From assembly GCA_026014495.1 (NCBI GenBank), contig JAOZIF010000092.1:1-16611 (forward strand): a stretch of 16,611 nucleotides of DNA. Reading direction: 5' to 3'. This document shows positions 1-7,961 of the stretch, piece by piece (the first letter of the stretch is position 1; every line of letters starts with the position of its first letter). Made by a program: the position numbers and the translations under genes. This DNA comes from Candidatus Bathyarchaeum sp. (GTDB taxonomy: Archaea; Thermoproteota; Bathyarchaeia; Bathyarchaeales; Bathyarchaeaceae). The notes under the pieces are model-generated. The model saw only the letters and a list, made by a program, of their open reading frames with translations. It was not told where the DNA came from and searched no databases.

Positions 1-1894
1 GATAGTTTGGTGAGTGCTCATGGTTGTAGGTGTAAACCTTTCCGTCAGCAATAGTACCGATGAAGATTGGGTAGTTGCCCCAGATTGATTCGTAGCCGGC
101 GTAGGTGTCATTGTACTCCCAGCTTGTTGTTCCGTCTAGCGTGTTGTATGCAAAAATTTCTCCACCATAGCCTTGGGTGTATATGTTGCCGTATGCAGGA
201 TAGCCAGTCTTTGTCATGGACATAACAGTGCCGTAGTATGAGAAGGCACGGTATGGTTCATCAGTTGGACCCCAAACTAGGTCTCCAGTGTCTATGCTGT
301 AAGCACGGTATTGCATGTTCTCGTCTGAACCCATTACCCACACGCGAGCATCTGCATCAACTTGAGCAGAATTTAGCCTTAGTGTAAGGTGGTCTTCTGG
401 TGCAGAATAGTTTTGTATCCACAGTAGTTCGCCTCTTGTGCCGTCATCTCGGTCACTGATAGCCCACATTGTCCAAGGATCAGGAGTTCCAGACTGCCTA
501 AAGGTTGGCCATGATGTGCTGGTACCAAGAATCAAGTCGCCAGGGATAACTGCTACAATTGAGGGTGAAGCAGTTCCAGTTAAGTCAGGGATTGTGACGT
601 TCCATGTGTAAGCTTTGCTCATGTCAACTTCTTTGCCATTAGGTCGCCATTGATAATCAGACGTACTTGTTCCAGAGCCGTATCCAGCTGTGCCTTCTAG
701 GCCTACGTTGTGTGCGGTGCTGTTCCACAGAGCCAGCCATCGTCCGTTATAGTTAAGTACGTAGCGTACTATTCCGCCTTCGTCGGTGTACACTTCTGTG
801 CCAGATGGGACATTAGTTAAGTTGTAAACGTTTTCTCCACTGAATGCGTCGTAGCCAATCCATTTGCTGCCAGAAACTTCCCATAGAACACCTTGAACAA
901 CTCCGTGCTGATTAAGTGACTCATAGTTATAGAGTTGACCCTTTGAGGGGCTAATGTCGTCACGAGACCAAATTTCTTCGCCAGTAAGCAAGTCTACACA
1001 CACATAACCTCCTCCTGATCTAGCGTGTCCTAGAGGTAGCTCGTAATAGAGTCGCCCACACATGATTATCATGTTACCAAATCTGCCTTCATATGAACCT
1101 CCAGAATAGAAGCCTACACCAGCAAGTGATGTTTCGCCTCCGACAACACCTCCAAACTGAGTAGGTAGTGTCCATAAGATGTGGGCACTGTTAGGTGCAA
1201 TTCCAGATTCTTGGAACAGACCAACAATTTGGCTTCCACTCAGCCAGTGGGACGAAATGGTTGCCCATGCTGTGTTTTGGCCTTCAATTGGTCGGGTCCA
1301 ATATTCTGTTGGCAATGGATAATCGGGGATTTTTTCGATTGGGTCTTCTTGTACAGTGAGGTATTCTGTTGCGCTACTTGCTGTAAAAGTGTCATTAAGA
1401 TAGACATCTTGGCCTCGTCCAATTAGATATGATTCGTCTGCAGGTGGAAGACCTGTAGGACCATACCAACTTATCACTTGTCCTGGAAAGTCAAAAATGA
1501 ATGTATATGTGCCGATTTGAGTAGGCGTATATACACTCCATGCTGATCCTGTTGGATCAGAGTATCCCAGGTCAATTACTTCTTCTTCTTCGTTAGGTGC
1601 TATGACCGTAAGTGTCAAGTCGCGCCATCTGTCACCACCAACACCTGATGCTGTTGGCGGATTTGGATGGACCCAAACTATAACATATATGCTTTGGCCA
1701 ACACCTACAGGGTTTGGTGAAAGAGCAATATATGCATAGGTTGGAATAGTCCACGCAGGGTCGTGTGCATTAGCAATGGGTAAAGCAACGAATGTAACAG
1801 TACCAACGAAAACTAGTATCATGCATACTGCAGCAATTTTGGTTTTAGCAAATTTTTTTAAATGTTCAGTTGTATGTGGTTTTTGTTTGTTCAT
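1..1894 (-). CDS. Secreted PQQ-binding-like beta-propeller repeat protein (partial, runs off the left edge; 631 codons visible)
   Basis: My translation from ATG 1894 (RBS AAGGAG upstream) stays open to base 2: MNKQKPHTTEHLKKFAKTKIAAVCMILVFVGTVTFVALPIANAHDPAWTIPTYAY... There is a signal peptide ending ANA-H, then an Ig-like region (VGVGQSIYV...YTPTQIGTYTF), HILWTLP, propeller-type blades (CVDLLTGEEIW, YSIDTGDLVW, YNTLDGTTSWEY) and ADGKVYTYNHEHSPNY at the edge. Absent from the ORF track because the stop lies outside the window. Confidence 0.88.
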   Translation of the reverse strand, partial: MNKQKPHTTEHLKKFAKTKIAAVCMILVFVGTVTFVALPIANAHDPAWTIPTYAYIALSPNPVGVGQSIYVIVWVHPNPPTASGVGGDRWRDLTLTVIAPNEEEEVIDLGYSDPTGSAWSVYTPTQIGTYTFIFDFPGQVISWYGPTGLPPADESYLIGRGQDVYLNDTFTASSATEYLTVQEDPIEKIPDYPLPTEYWTRPIEGQNTAWATISSHWLSGSQIVGLFQESGIAPNSAHILWTLPTQFGGVVGGETSLAGVGFYSGGSYEGRFGNMIIMCGRLYYELPLGHARSGGGYVCVDLLTGEEIWSRDDISPSKGQLYNYESLNQHGVVQGVLWEVSGSKWIGYDAFSGENVYNLTNVPSGTEVYTDEGGIVRYVLNYNGRWLALWNSTAHNVGLEGTAGYGSGTSTSDYQWRPNGKEVDMSKAYTWNVTIPDLTGTASPSIVAVIPGDLILGTSTSWPTFRQSGTPDPWTMWAISDRDDGTRGELLWIQNYSAPEDHLTLRLNSAQVDADARVWVMGSDENMQYRAYSIDTGDLVWGPTDEPYRAFSYYGTVMSMTKTGYPAYGNIYTQGYGGEIFAYNTLDGTTSWEYNDTYAGYESIWGNYPIFIGTIADGKVYTYNHEHSPNY

Positions 1895-2037
1895 TTATTT
1901 TTTCTCCTTTTTAAGTAGGTTGTATCATTACAAAATTCTGTATTTAACATGGTGACTGTAAGAAGTTCGGCTGACAACATACAATTATAAGACATTTCAG
2001 CCTACAAAAAAACAGCATTTCAAGAGGAGAACAAATA
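1895..2037. promoter_or_regulatory. Divergent promoter region between the beta-propeller gene and the TrmB gene
   Basis: 143-bp AT-rich intergenic region. TATA-like TTAAATA on the minus strand (about 1941-1947) and TTATAAGA on the plus strand (about 1985-1992). GGAG RBS before both starts. Short inverted repeats TTGTA-N4-TACAA (1920-1933) and GGCTGA...TCAGCC (1969-1974/1997-2002). Confidence 0.5.
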
Positions 2038-2844
2038 ATGCTTGTAGAAGCGCAAGTTAGAACCTTAGTAGACTTAGGGCTTACACCACTTCAAGCAAGA
2101 GTCTACTTTTCCGTATTTTGTTTAGGAGAGTCGACAGCCAAAGAGGCCTGCAACTGCTCCAATGTGCCACGTCAAGATATTTATCGTATAATAAAAGAGT
2201 TACAAAAACTCGGGTTAATCGAAAAAATAATAGCAAGACCAACAAGGTTCAGAGCAATTCCAATAAAAGAAGCTACATCCATTCTGCTTAATCATAAAAA
2301 AACAGTGTTAAAACAACTTGTAGTAAAAGCAAAAAAATTAAACACAATTCAAAAAACAGATATACCAAACATAGCTAACGAGGCACAACAAAGATTTATC
2401 ATTGTACCCAAAACAAAAGAACCTCTAAAACGTGCAGCGGAGTCAATGTTAAAGGCTCAAAAAAGCTTTGACGGTATTGGCTCAGCTACAAGAGTTTTGT
2501 ATTTTATAAAAAATTACCCAGAATGCATCGAAGAAATCAACAAAAAAGAAATAAAAACAAGACATATCGTCGAAAAACCTGAAAATAAAGATGCCAGAAA
2601 AACTCTGGAACATGTTTCTGCAAATAACAAGCTGTTTGAAATAAGGTATAGTAATAAAATACATCGACAAATGGGAATAATTGATGGGAAAGAAGCGTAT
2701 ATACCACTGTCACCAATGAGGGGATTAACACAGGATTTTGAATTATACACCAACAGCCCAGACCTAGTTGAAATACTCAGCAGCTATTATGAGGCGATTT
2801 GGAGTCAAGCTACACCAATACTCAAAACAACAAAAATTAGATAA
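2038..2844 (+). CDS. TrmB-family transcriptional regulator
   Basis: N-terminal TrmB wHTH signature (LVDLGLTPLQARVY...TAKE...VPRQDIYRIIKELQKLGLIEK...PTRFRAIP), a coiled-coil linker and a C-terminal effector-binding-type domain (MGIIDGKEAYI...YYEAIWSQA). RBS GAGGAG. Confidence 0.9.
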   Translation: MLVEAQVRTLVDLGLTPLQARVYFSVFCLGESTAKEACNCSNVPRQDIYRIIKELQKLGLIEKIIARPTRFRAIPIKEATSILLNHKKTVLKQLVVKAKKLNTIQKTDIPNIANEAQQRFIIVPKTKEPLKRAAESMLKAQKSFDGIGSATRVLYFIKNYPECIEEINKKEIKTRHIVEKPENKDARKTLEHVSANNKLFEIRYSNKIHRQMGIIDGKEAYIPLSPMRGLTQDFELYTNSPDLVEILSSYYEAIWSQATPILKTTKIR

Positions 2845-3035
2845 AAAACAAAAATGTTTGGCAAACAGAAACTTTATTTCTCTATGTTGAGTTTGTATGG
2901 AATTCGTGTTTGAAAGCTCGGTTTGATTCACTTGAAGGCTTAATTCAAGTCTAAAGTGCAGTATTCAAATGATTAAAGCTTGTCAAAGAGTGAAAAGATT
3001 ACAATCGCTTCTGTAAAAAATGGAGAAATAAGAAC

Positions 3036-3785
3036 ATGTGCGCAGATTCAACAAAAAACAGGATATTATGGTTTGATGAACTAAGTATGCCTGAGGCGGA
3101 AAAGGCAGCTAAGAATGGAAAGGTTGTGATTATTCCTTGTGGCAGTATTGAAGAGCATGGAGACCATCTGCCACTAGCTACAGACAGCATTCAAGCAGAA
3201 TATGTTGCTTTAGGAGTTGCCCGAAAAACTGGTTGCCTAGTTGCACCATCCCTAAGGTATGGCCTTTGCAATTCTACACGAAACTTTCCCGGCACCATCA
3301 CGATAACTTTTGACACGCTACGCAGTATCATGACAGATATTTTGGAAGATTTTGTTCGCAATGGCTTCAAACGTTTGCTCGTTATAACTGGTCACGCTGG
3401 CGGGTCACACATGACTGCGATTAGGCTTGCAGCAAAAAAAGTAGTAATCAACCACATGAAAGAAGAGAATAGACCACGGATTATCGTATGTTCAGATTAT
3501 GATTTTGCGTTTGACCTTAAAGGAGTAGAATTTGATGAACGAGATTCACATGCAGGCACTATCGAAACGTCAAGAGTAATGGCTATACGACCAGACTTGA
3601 TAAAAGGAAAGGGTGCACCAAATTACCCAAACTTTCCAAGGTTTGAGATTACTCCAGACCCTGAAAAATACTTTCCAAGCGGAGTTATGGGTGACCCGAC
3701 AGTAGCAGCTGCCGAGAAGGGACAAAAAATAAACGATTACGTTATAGAACAGGTAGTGAAACTGGTCAAAGAGTTAGAACAATAA
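3036..3785 (+). CDS. Creatininase-family metal-dependent amidohydrolase (creatininase/ArfB/MftE-like; substrate not assignable)
   Basis: Family motifs PCGSIEEHGDHLPLATD, ITGHAGG and DSHAGTIETS, with C-terminal GVMGDPT...EKG. RBS GGAG. Confidence 0.88.
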   Translation: MCADSTKNRILWFDELSMPEAEKAAKNGKVVIIPCGSIEEHGDHLPLATDSIQAEYVALGVARKTGCLVAPSLRYGLCNSTRNFPGTITITFDTLRSIMTDILEDFVRNGFKRLLVITGHAGGSHMTAIRLAAKKVVINHMKEENRPRIIVCSDYDFAFDLKGVEFDERDSHAGTIETSRVMAIRPDLIKGKGAPNYPNFPRFEITPDPEKYFPSGVMGDPTVAAAEKGQKINDYVIEQVVKLVKELEQ

Positions 3786-3802
3786 AAACGGATGTAAAGT
3801 AC

Positions 3803-4366
3803 ATGACTAAAGCGTTAGTTTTTCTTGCAACAGGATTTGAAGAAATTGAAACAGTAACAATTGTAGATGTCCTCAGACGAGCAGGCATACAAACAACAGT
3901 TGCCAGCTTAACACCAAACGTAGTTGAGGGCGCACACGCAATAAAAATTGTTCCAGACAAAAACCTTGACGATATTGCTGTAAACGATTTTGATGCAATA
4001 ATAGTTCCTGGAGGCAATCCAGGCTACAAGAATCTTAGAAACGACCCACGCGTAATAAACATGGTCAAAGAGGCATACAACGCCAACAAGCTAGTGGCTG
4101 CAATCTGTGCTGCTCCTGCGGTTTTGTCAGACGCGGGAATACTAAAAGGCAAAGCATGCACGATTTATCCTGGAATGGAAAACGAGTTAGAGAAAGGTGG
4201 GGGCACACCAAAACAGGACATTGTTGTCGAAGATGGCAACATAATAACAAGCAAAGGACCAGCAACAGCTCTTCCGTTTGCTCTTCGATTAGTAGAAAGA
4301 TTAGCTGGAAAACAGGTCGCTGAATCGGTCAGTAAAAAGACAATGACAAATATCCTGCGAATATAA
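3803..4366 (+). CDS. DJ-1/PfpI (YajL/ThiJ-like) family glyoxalase/deglycase
   Basis: GFEEIE (conserved Glu), VPGGNPG, nucleophile-elbow AICAAP, and DGNIITSKGP. Starts 17 nt after the creatininase-family stop. Confidence 0.92.
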   Translation: MTKALVFLATGFEEIETVTIVDVLRRAGIQTTVASLTPNVVEGAHAIKIVPDKNLDDIAVNDFDAIIVPGGNPGYKNLRNDPRVINMVKEAYNANKLVAAICAAPAVLSDAGILKGKACTIYPGMENELEKGGGTPKQDIVVEDGNIITSKGPATALPFALRLVERLAGKQVAESVSKKTMTNILRI

Positions 4367-4380
4367 CAAAATAATTTGTT

Positions 4381-4423
4381 AAAAAAATAGAAGAAAAGGG
4401 GTAAGCTGGAGAATGCTCCAGCT
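4381..4423 (-). terminator. Hairpin plus T-tract terminator after the surface-protein gene
   Basis: Perfect 8-bp stem AGCTGGAG/CTCCAGCT (4404-4411/4416-4423) directly after the TAG at 4424-4426. On the minus strand it is followed by CCCCTTTTCTTCTATTTTTTT. Confidence 0.65.
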
Positions 4424-5176
4424 CTAGGTTTGGATTTTCTTTCGTTTGAGTAATGCTGCGGCTGCAGTCACGATTACGGCTAACGAGACTACAGTGTAGA
4501 TGTGTATGTTTTCTGGGATGTCCTCTGGTGATTCGACTTCAGCGACTGTCCATGTGGAGAAGTGGTCTGTGTTGCACACCAAGTATCCGTCTTGGGTCAT
4601 GTAGCTTTCAACCGCAACCCACTGTGATTGAGTTTGGTTCCAGTACATCCATGTCAACCTTGAGGCATTGACTTCTCGGTTGAGTTCTTCGCTGAGCTCT
4701 GTCTGGTTAATCAGTAACCGCAGCTGAGCTTGAAGTTGAAGTTCAACGTTTGGTTCAAGTCCCAAGTAGAAGTTCAGTGTTTGCTCCATCACTGCCTCAC
4801 CTTTTTGGGGAGCAGCAGTAAAGTTCATGGCTAATGTCATTGTTCGGTTAGGATCAACACTAACGGAAACAACTCTGTTTTGAACCTCTTCGTCTATGGT
4901 TATGTTCATTTCGCAGTTTTGGGTGCAGTTCATCATTAAGGTCATGTTTCTGTAGAAAAACACGCCCGTCTCCATTGCTTGTAAGGATTCCATGCGACCG
5001 ACAGGCGTGATATCCGTTCGATTATACTGCAAAGCATCAACGGGCATATCTGGAGGAGTATTGTTTCCAGTGTTTTGTCCAGTTGCTTGAACAGAAACAA
5101 AAACGGAAAGTGTCAACAGCATAACCAGAAGAGATACCGCTGTAAAGCTTACCGCGCATTTTCGTTTGGTTGTCAT
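4424..5176 (-). CDS. Secreted, C-terminally anchored glycoprotein of unknown function
   Basis: N-terminal signal peptide, 10 N-x-S/T sequons in 250 aa, a YW...W...CNTDHFSTW segment, then IPEN, a hydrophobic helix and KRKK. RBS GAGGT and TATA-like TATTATATA upstream. Confidence 0.8.
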   Translation of the reverse strand: MTTKRKCAVSFTAVSLLVMLLTLSVFVSVQATGQNTGNNTPPDMPVDALQYNRTDITPVGRMESLQAMETGVFFYRNMTLMMNCTQNCEMNITIDEEVQNRVVSVSVDPNRTMTLAMNFTAAPQKGEAVMEQTLNFYLGLEPNVELQLQAQLRLLINQTELSEELNREVNASRLTWMYWNQTQSQWVAVESYMTQDGYLVCNTDHFSTWTVAEVESPEDIPENIHIYTVVSLAVIVTAAAALLKRKKIQT

Positions 5177-5262
5177 TTTCTTTACCTCACATCTTCAATA
5201 GCACTATATAATACAGCGTATGAGATAAGGGACATCCTGAAAAAAGCATTCCAAAAACTGAA

Positions 5263-5276
5263 ACGCTTTATTCACA
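5263..5276 (-). repeat. 14-bp intergenic motif TGTGAATAAAGCGT, copy 1
   Basis: Exact match to 11452-11465 on the plus strand. Begins 1 nt after the CDF stop codon. Confidence 0.35.
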
Positions 5277-5277
5277 A

Positions 5278-6132
5278 CTACTTTTTGGGCGGCTCAACAT
5301 GGATTGTCAAATTTACGTTTGGCTGTTCATCATTCAATTCAGATTCTAGATGATCCGTAAGATCATGAGCCTCCTTAACGCTCAATGACCCATCAACTGA
5401 CAAATGAAGCTCCGCAAAAACTTGATTCCCGTGCCTGCGTGTTTTCAAATTATGAAAGTCTATAAACTGGAATGTATGCCTGTTAAGAACTTCAATTATC
5501 TTTGCCTCTTCTTCTCTGCACGATTGATCCATCAAACGATTTGAAGACTTCAAAACAAGCCCAGCACCCATCCGTACAACCAAAGCAGCAACCACAAACG
5601 CCATAACAGAATCCAAGAAAACCCAACCAGTCAATTGGGCAACAAAAAGACCAATCCACACACCTGCAGTGGAAATTACATCAGAAAACAGGTGCTTCGC
5701 GTCGCCCTCAAGAGCCGTTGAGCCGCAGCTTTTAGCAGTTTTTAGCAATAGCCAAGAAAGCACTGCATTCAGGGCAGTAGCAAACATTGAGATGACAATC
5801 GCTAGGTTGAGTTCTAACAGTTCAGTGGATGCAAATAGTCGCCCCGCAGCTGCGTTGACTATAAGAATTGCAGCAATGATTATGAAGATGCCTTCAACTA
5901 GACTTGATATGTCCTCAACTTTTTCGTGACCATACTTGTGGTCAGTGTCTGGAGCTCTATCTGAAATACATACAGAAAACAGCATTAGACAGGAAGCTGC
6001 TATGTTAACAATAGATTCTAGTGCATCAGAAAGTAACGCTACGGAATTAGAAATAAAGTATGCTACCAGTTTTATGCCTAAAATGGCTATGCCACAAAGC
6101 ACGGCTAAAATTGCAACTTGTTTCTTTTCCAT
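5278..6132 (-). CDS. Cation diffusion facilitator (FieF/YiiP-like) divalent metal exporter
   Basis: Six predicted TM segments, SDALESIVN (TM2), the PDTDHKYGHEKVE loop, ALEGDAKHLFSD (TM5), and a cytoplasmic domain ending ...EAHDLTDHLE...LTIHVEP. Confidence 0.92.
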   Translation of the reverse strand: MEKKQVAILAVLCGIAILGIKLVAYFISNSVALLSDALESIVNIAASCLMLFSVCISDRAPDTDHKYGHEKVEDISSLVEGIFIIIAAILIVNAAAGRLFASTELLELNLAIVISMFATALNAVLSWLLLKTAKSCGSTALEGDAKHLFSDVISTAGVWIGLFVAQLTGWVFLDSVMAFVVAALVVRMGAGLVLKSSNRLMDQSCREEEAKIIEVLNRHTFQFIDFHNLKTRRHGNQVFAELHLSVDGSLSVKEAHDLTDHLESELNDEQPNVNLTIHVEPPKK

Positions 6133-6212
6133 AAAAGCTAGTTCGGTTGTCTCTTGCTTTTAGGTGTTGCCCTTACTAAAATGGGATAAAAAAGGGTTGA
6201 GGGGTAGACTCT

Positions 6213-6308
6213 TTATCTGCAAACAGTTTCTAATTTAGTTCCGCAATAGGGACAAAAGTTGAAATGGTTAGGAAACGAATGATGACTGCACCTAATTGGG
6301 CATTCCAT
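6213..6308 (-). CDS. Putative small Cys-rich zinc-ribbon-like protein (31 aa; below the ORF-track cutoff)
   Basis: MECPIRCSHHSFPNHFNFCPYCGTKLETVCR*. The FCPYCGTKL segment is a typical zinc-ribbon knuckle. Upstream are AGGAG (6324-6328) and TATA-like TAAGTATAAA (about 6369-6378); a T6 tract (6188-6193) lies downstream. Confidence 0.5.
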   Translation of the reverse strand: MECPIRCSHHSFPNHFNFCPYCGTKLETVCR

Positions 6309-6589
6309 CAATGTAAACACATGCTCCTGTTCTTACTAGTATCGTCACAGTAATGGGTAAAAATTGGGTTTATACTTAAGGATGTTTTGAGGCGTCAGTC
6401 ACACCAAAGGTTACCTGTTAACATGATTTAGTAACATGCTTTCTTGTGCAGCATATATTAGTCACCAAAAACGTAACTTAATTCTACAAAAAATGGATAC
6501 AATATCATCTTACAAAAAGCATCGTAGCAAACAGCCTTTATCGTCAGTAACGTTTATTGAGTTTAGTGAACATAAATTTGGCGAAGCAC

Positions 6590-7186
6590 ATGATTGTCGG
6601 CATATGCGGAAGCCCAAGAAAAGGTGCAACAGAACATGTTCTACAAGAAGCCCTAAACAGGCTAGGGACAATGGGTTTTGAAACGGAGTTATTTTCGGTT
6701 AGAAACAAAAAAATCGGTTTTTGCATCCACTGTGACCACTGCCTAAAACACAAAGAATGCATAATAAAAGACGACATGAACACAGTTTACAGGCTACTAA
6801 AAGATGCAGAAGGAATAATTTTTGCTACTCCCGTCTACAATGGAGGAGTAAGCGCCCAAACAAAAGCAGTTATGGACAGATGCCGAGCCCTTTTTGCTTC
6901 GGACCCCAACGTCCTAAAACACAAGATAGGCATGACCATCACGGTTGGAGGAGACAGAAGTGGAGGACAAGAACTGGCAAGCCAGCAAATCCATACATTT
7001 TACATCCTAAATGGGGTTATACCAGTCAGTGGCGGTTTTTTTGGAGCAAACCTAGGAGCAAACTTCTGGTCAAAAGACACCATAGAAGACGTAAAAGAGG
7101 ACACTGAAGGCTTTCGAAGTTTAAAAAAGACAGTAAAGAAATTTGCTGAAGCTCTGAACAAAATTGAGAGAGAAGAGTATAATTGA
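6590..7186 (+). CDS. Iron-sulfur flavoprotein (Isf-like; flavodoxin-fold NAD(P)H-dependent FMN reductase family)
   Basis: GICGSPRKG FMN loop, compact 4Fe-4S motif CIHCDHCLKHKEC (CX2CX2CX5C), FATPVYNGGVSAQTKAVMDR and GGDRSGGQE. Start placed at ATG 6590 (MIVGICGSPR) instead of 6557, because homologs begin just before the GSPR motif. Confidence 0.9.
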   Translation: MIVGICGSPRKGATEHVLQEALNRLGTMGFETELFSVRNKKIGFCIHCDHCLKHKECIIKDDMNTVYRLLKDAEGIIFATPVYNGGVSAQTKAVMDRCRALFASDPNVLKHKIGMTITVGGDRSGGQELASQQIHTFYILNGVIPVSGGFFGANLGANFWSKDTIEDVKEDTEGFRSLKKTVKKFAEALNKIEREEYN

Positions 7187-7196
7187 AGGGGACAAA

Positions 7197-7781
7197 ATGT
7201 CTACTAAAAAGGGAATAGTAGAAAAAACGAAAAGGGTTGCTTGGGGAATCACAGGCAGTGGAGACCGTCTTGCTGAAACAATACAGGCAATGAAAGAAAT
7301 CAAGAAACAATACAAAGATGACGTTAGAATAACAATTTATCCTTCAAAAGCTGGAGATCAAGTACTGAAATTTTATGGTTTATTTAAGGGTTTGACAGAA
7401 AGCTTTGACAAAATCAGGGTTGAAGTAAACTCTAACGTTCCAACTCTTGCTGTTCAGCTACAAAGCGGCAAAATTGAGTTTTTGTTGATCGCTCCAGCTA
7501 CATCAAACACAGTTGCAAAACTCGCAAATGGAATAGCAGATACGCTTCTGACTAACGCAGCAATAATGTCTCTGAAATCCTTTGTTCCAGTGTATATTAT
7601 GCCCTGTGACTACGAGGAAGGCGAAACAGTTACGCAGCTTCCTGATGGGAGCGACATGAAGATTCGTGTAAGAAGAGAAGATGTTGAACAGACCAAAAAG
7701 CTGGCTGCAATGGATGGGGTCTTTATTCTGGAAAAGCCAGAAGATATTGTTCAGGTTTTCCAAAAGCACTTCAGAATGTGA
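7197..7781 (+). CDS. afpA: Archaeoflavoprotein AfpA (HFCD-superfamily FMN protein)
   Basis: RVAWGITGSGD, SKAGDQVLKFY and FLLIAPATSNTVAKLANGIADTLLTNA. Start placed at ATG 7197 (RBS GAAGGGG), 10 nt after the Isf stop. Confidence 0.85.
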   Translation: MSTKKGIVEKTKRVAWGITGSGDRLAETIQAMKEIKKQYKDDVRITIYPSKAGDQVLKFYGLFKGLTESFDKIRVEVNSNVPTLAVQLQSGKIEFLLIAPATSNTVAKLANGIADTLLTNAAIMSLKSFVPVYIMPCDYEEGETVTQLPDGSDMKIRVRREDVEQTKKLAAMDGVFILEKPEDIVQVFQKHFRM

Positions 7782-7905
7782 AAAGTAAAGTTAACAAAGC
7801 CTGCTTATTTTCAGCAATTCTTCATGTAGTGAGTAGACGTGACAACATTAGACATATAGAACATTTCAACTAAAGAAGCAAAGTTTATCTGTAACGACTA
7901 TACAT

Positions 7906-7946
7906 GAAATTACGAGAGGTCGTAATTTACGAGCAGTCGTAATTTC
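7906..7946. promoter_or_regulatory. Tandem overlapping palindromic operator upstream of the DtxR-feoAB operon
   Basis: AAATTACGA-GAGG-TCGTAATTT (7907-7928; perfect 9-bp arms) overlaps TTACGA-GCAG-TCGTAA (7927-7942). The outer arms GAAATTACGA/TCGTAATTTC match perfectly over 10 bp. Ends 15 nt before the ATG at 7962. Confidence 0.7.
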
Positions 7947-7961
7947 AGGCAGGAAAAACAA

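Noticed and set aside
6308-6310. TGA after MCLH as a selenocysteine codon
   Set aside because: Read-through in that frame gives WNAQLGAVIIRF..., with no Cys motif. The Cys-rich sequence is in another frame, and I could not identify a SECIS.
6410-6440. TAACATG direct repeat (13-bp period) and GTTAC/GTAAC inverted repeat upstream of isf
   Set aside because: Short, AT-rich and within chance expectation, with no second instance to support an operator.
6557-7196. Longer ORF-track starts for Isf (6557) and AfpA (7164); likewise 12766 and 13245 for the MetV-like genes
   Set aside because: Downstream ATGs (6590, 7197, 12757, 13236) fit family N-termini, RBS positions and ATGA overlaps better.
7197-7781. 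Dihydromethanopterin reductase DmrX
   Set aside because: The AfpA-family core is present, but the ferredoxin-like CX2CX2CX3C domains expected for DmrX are not.
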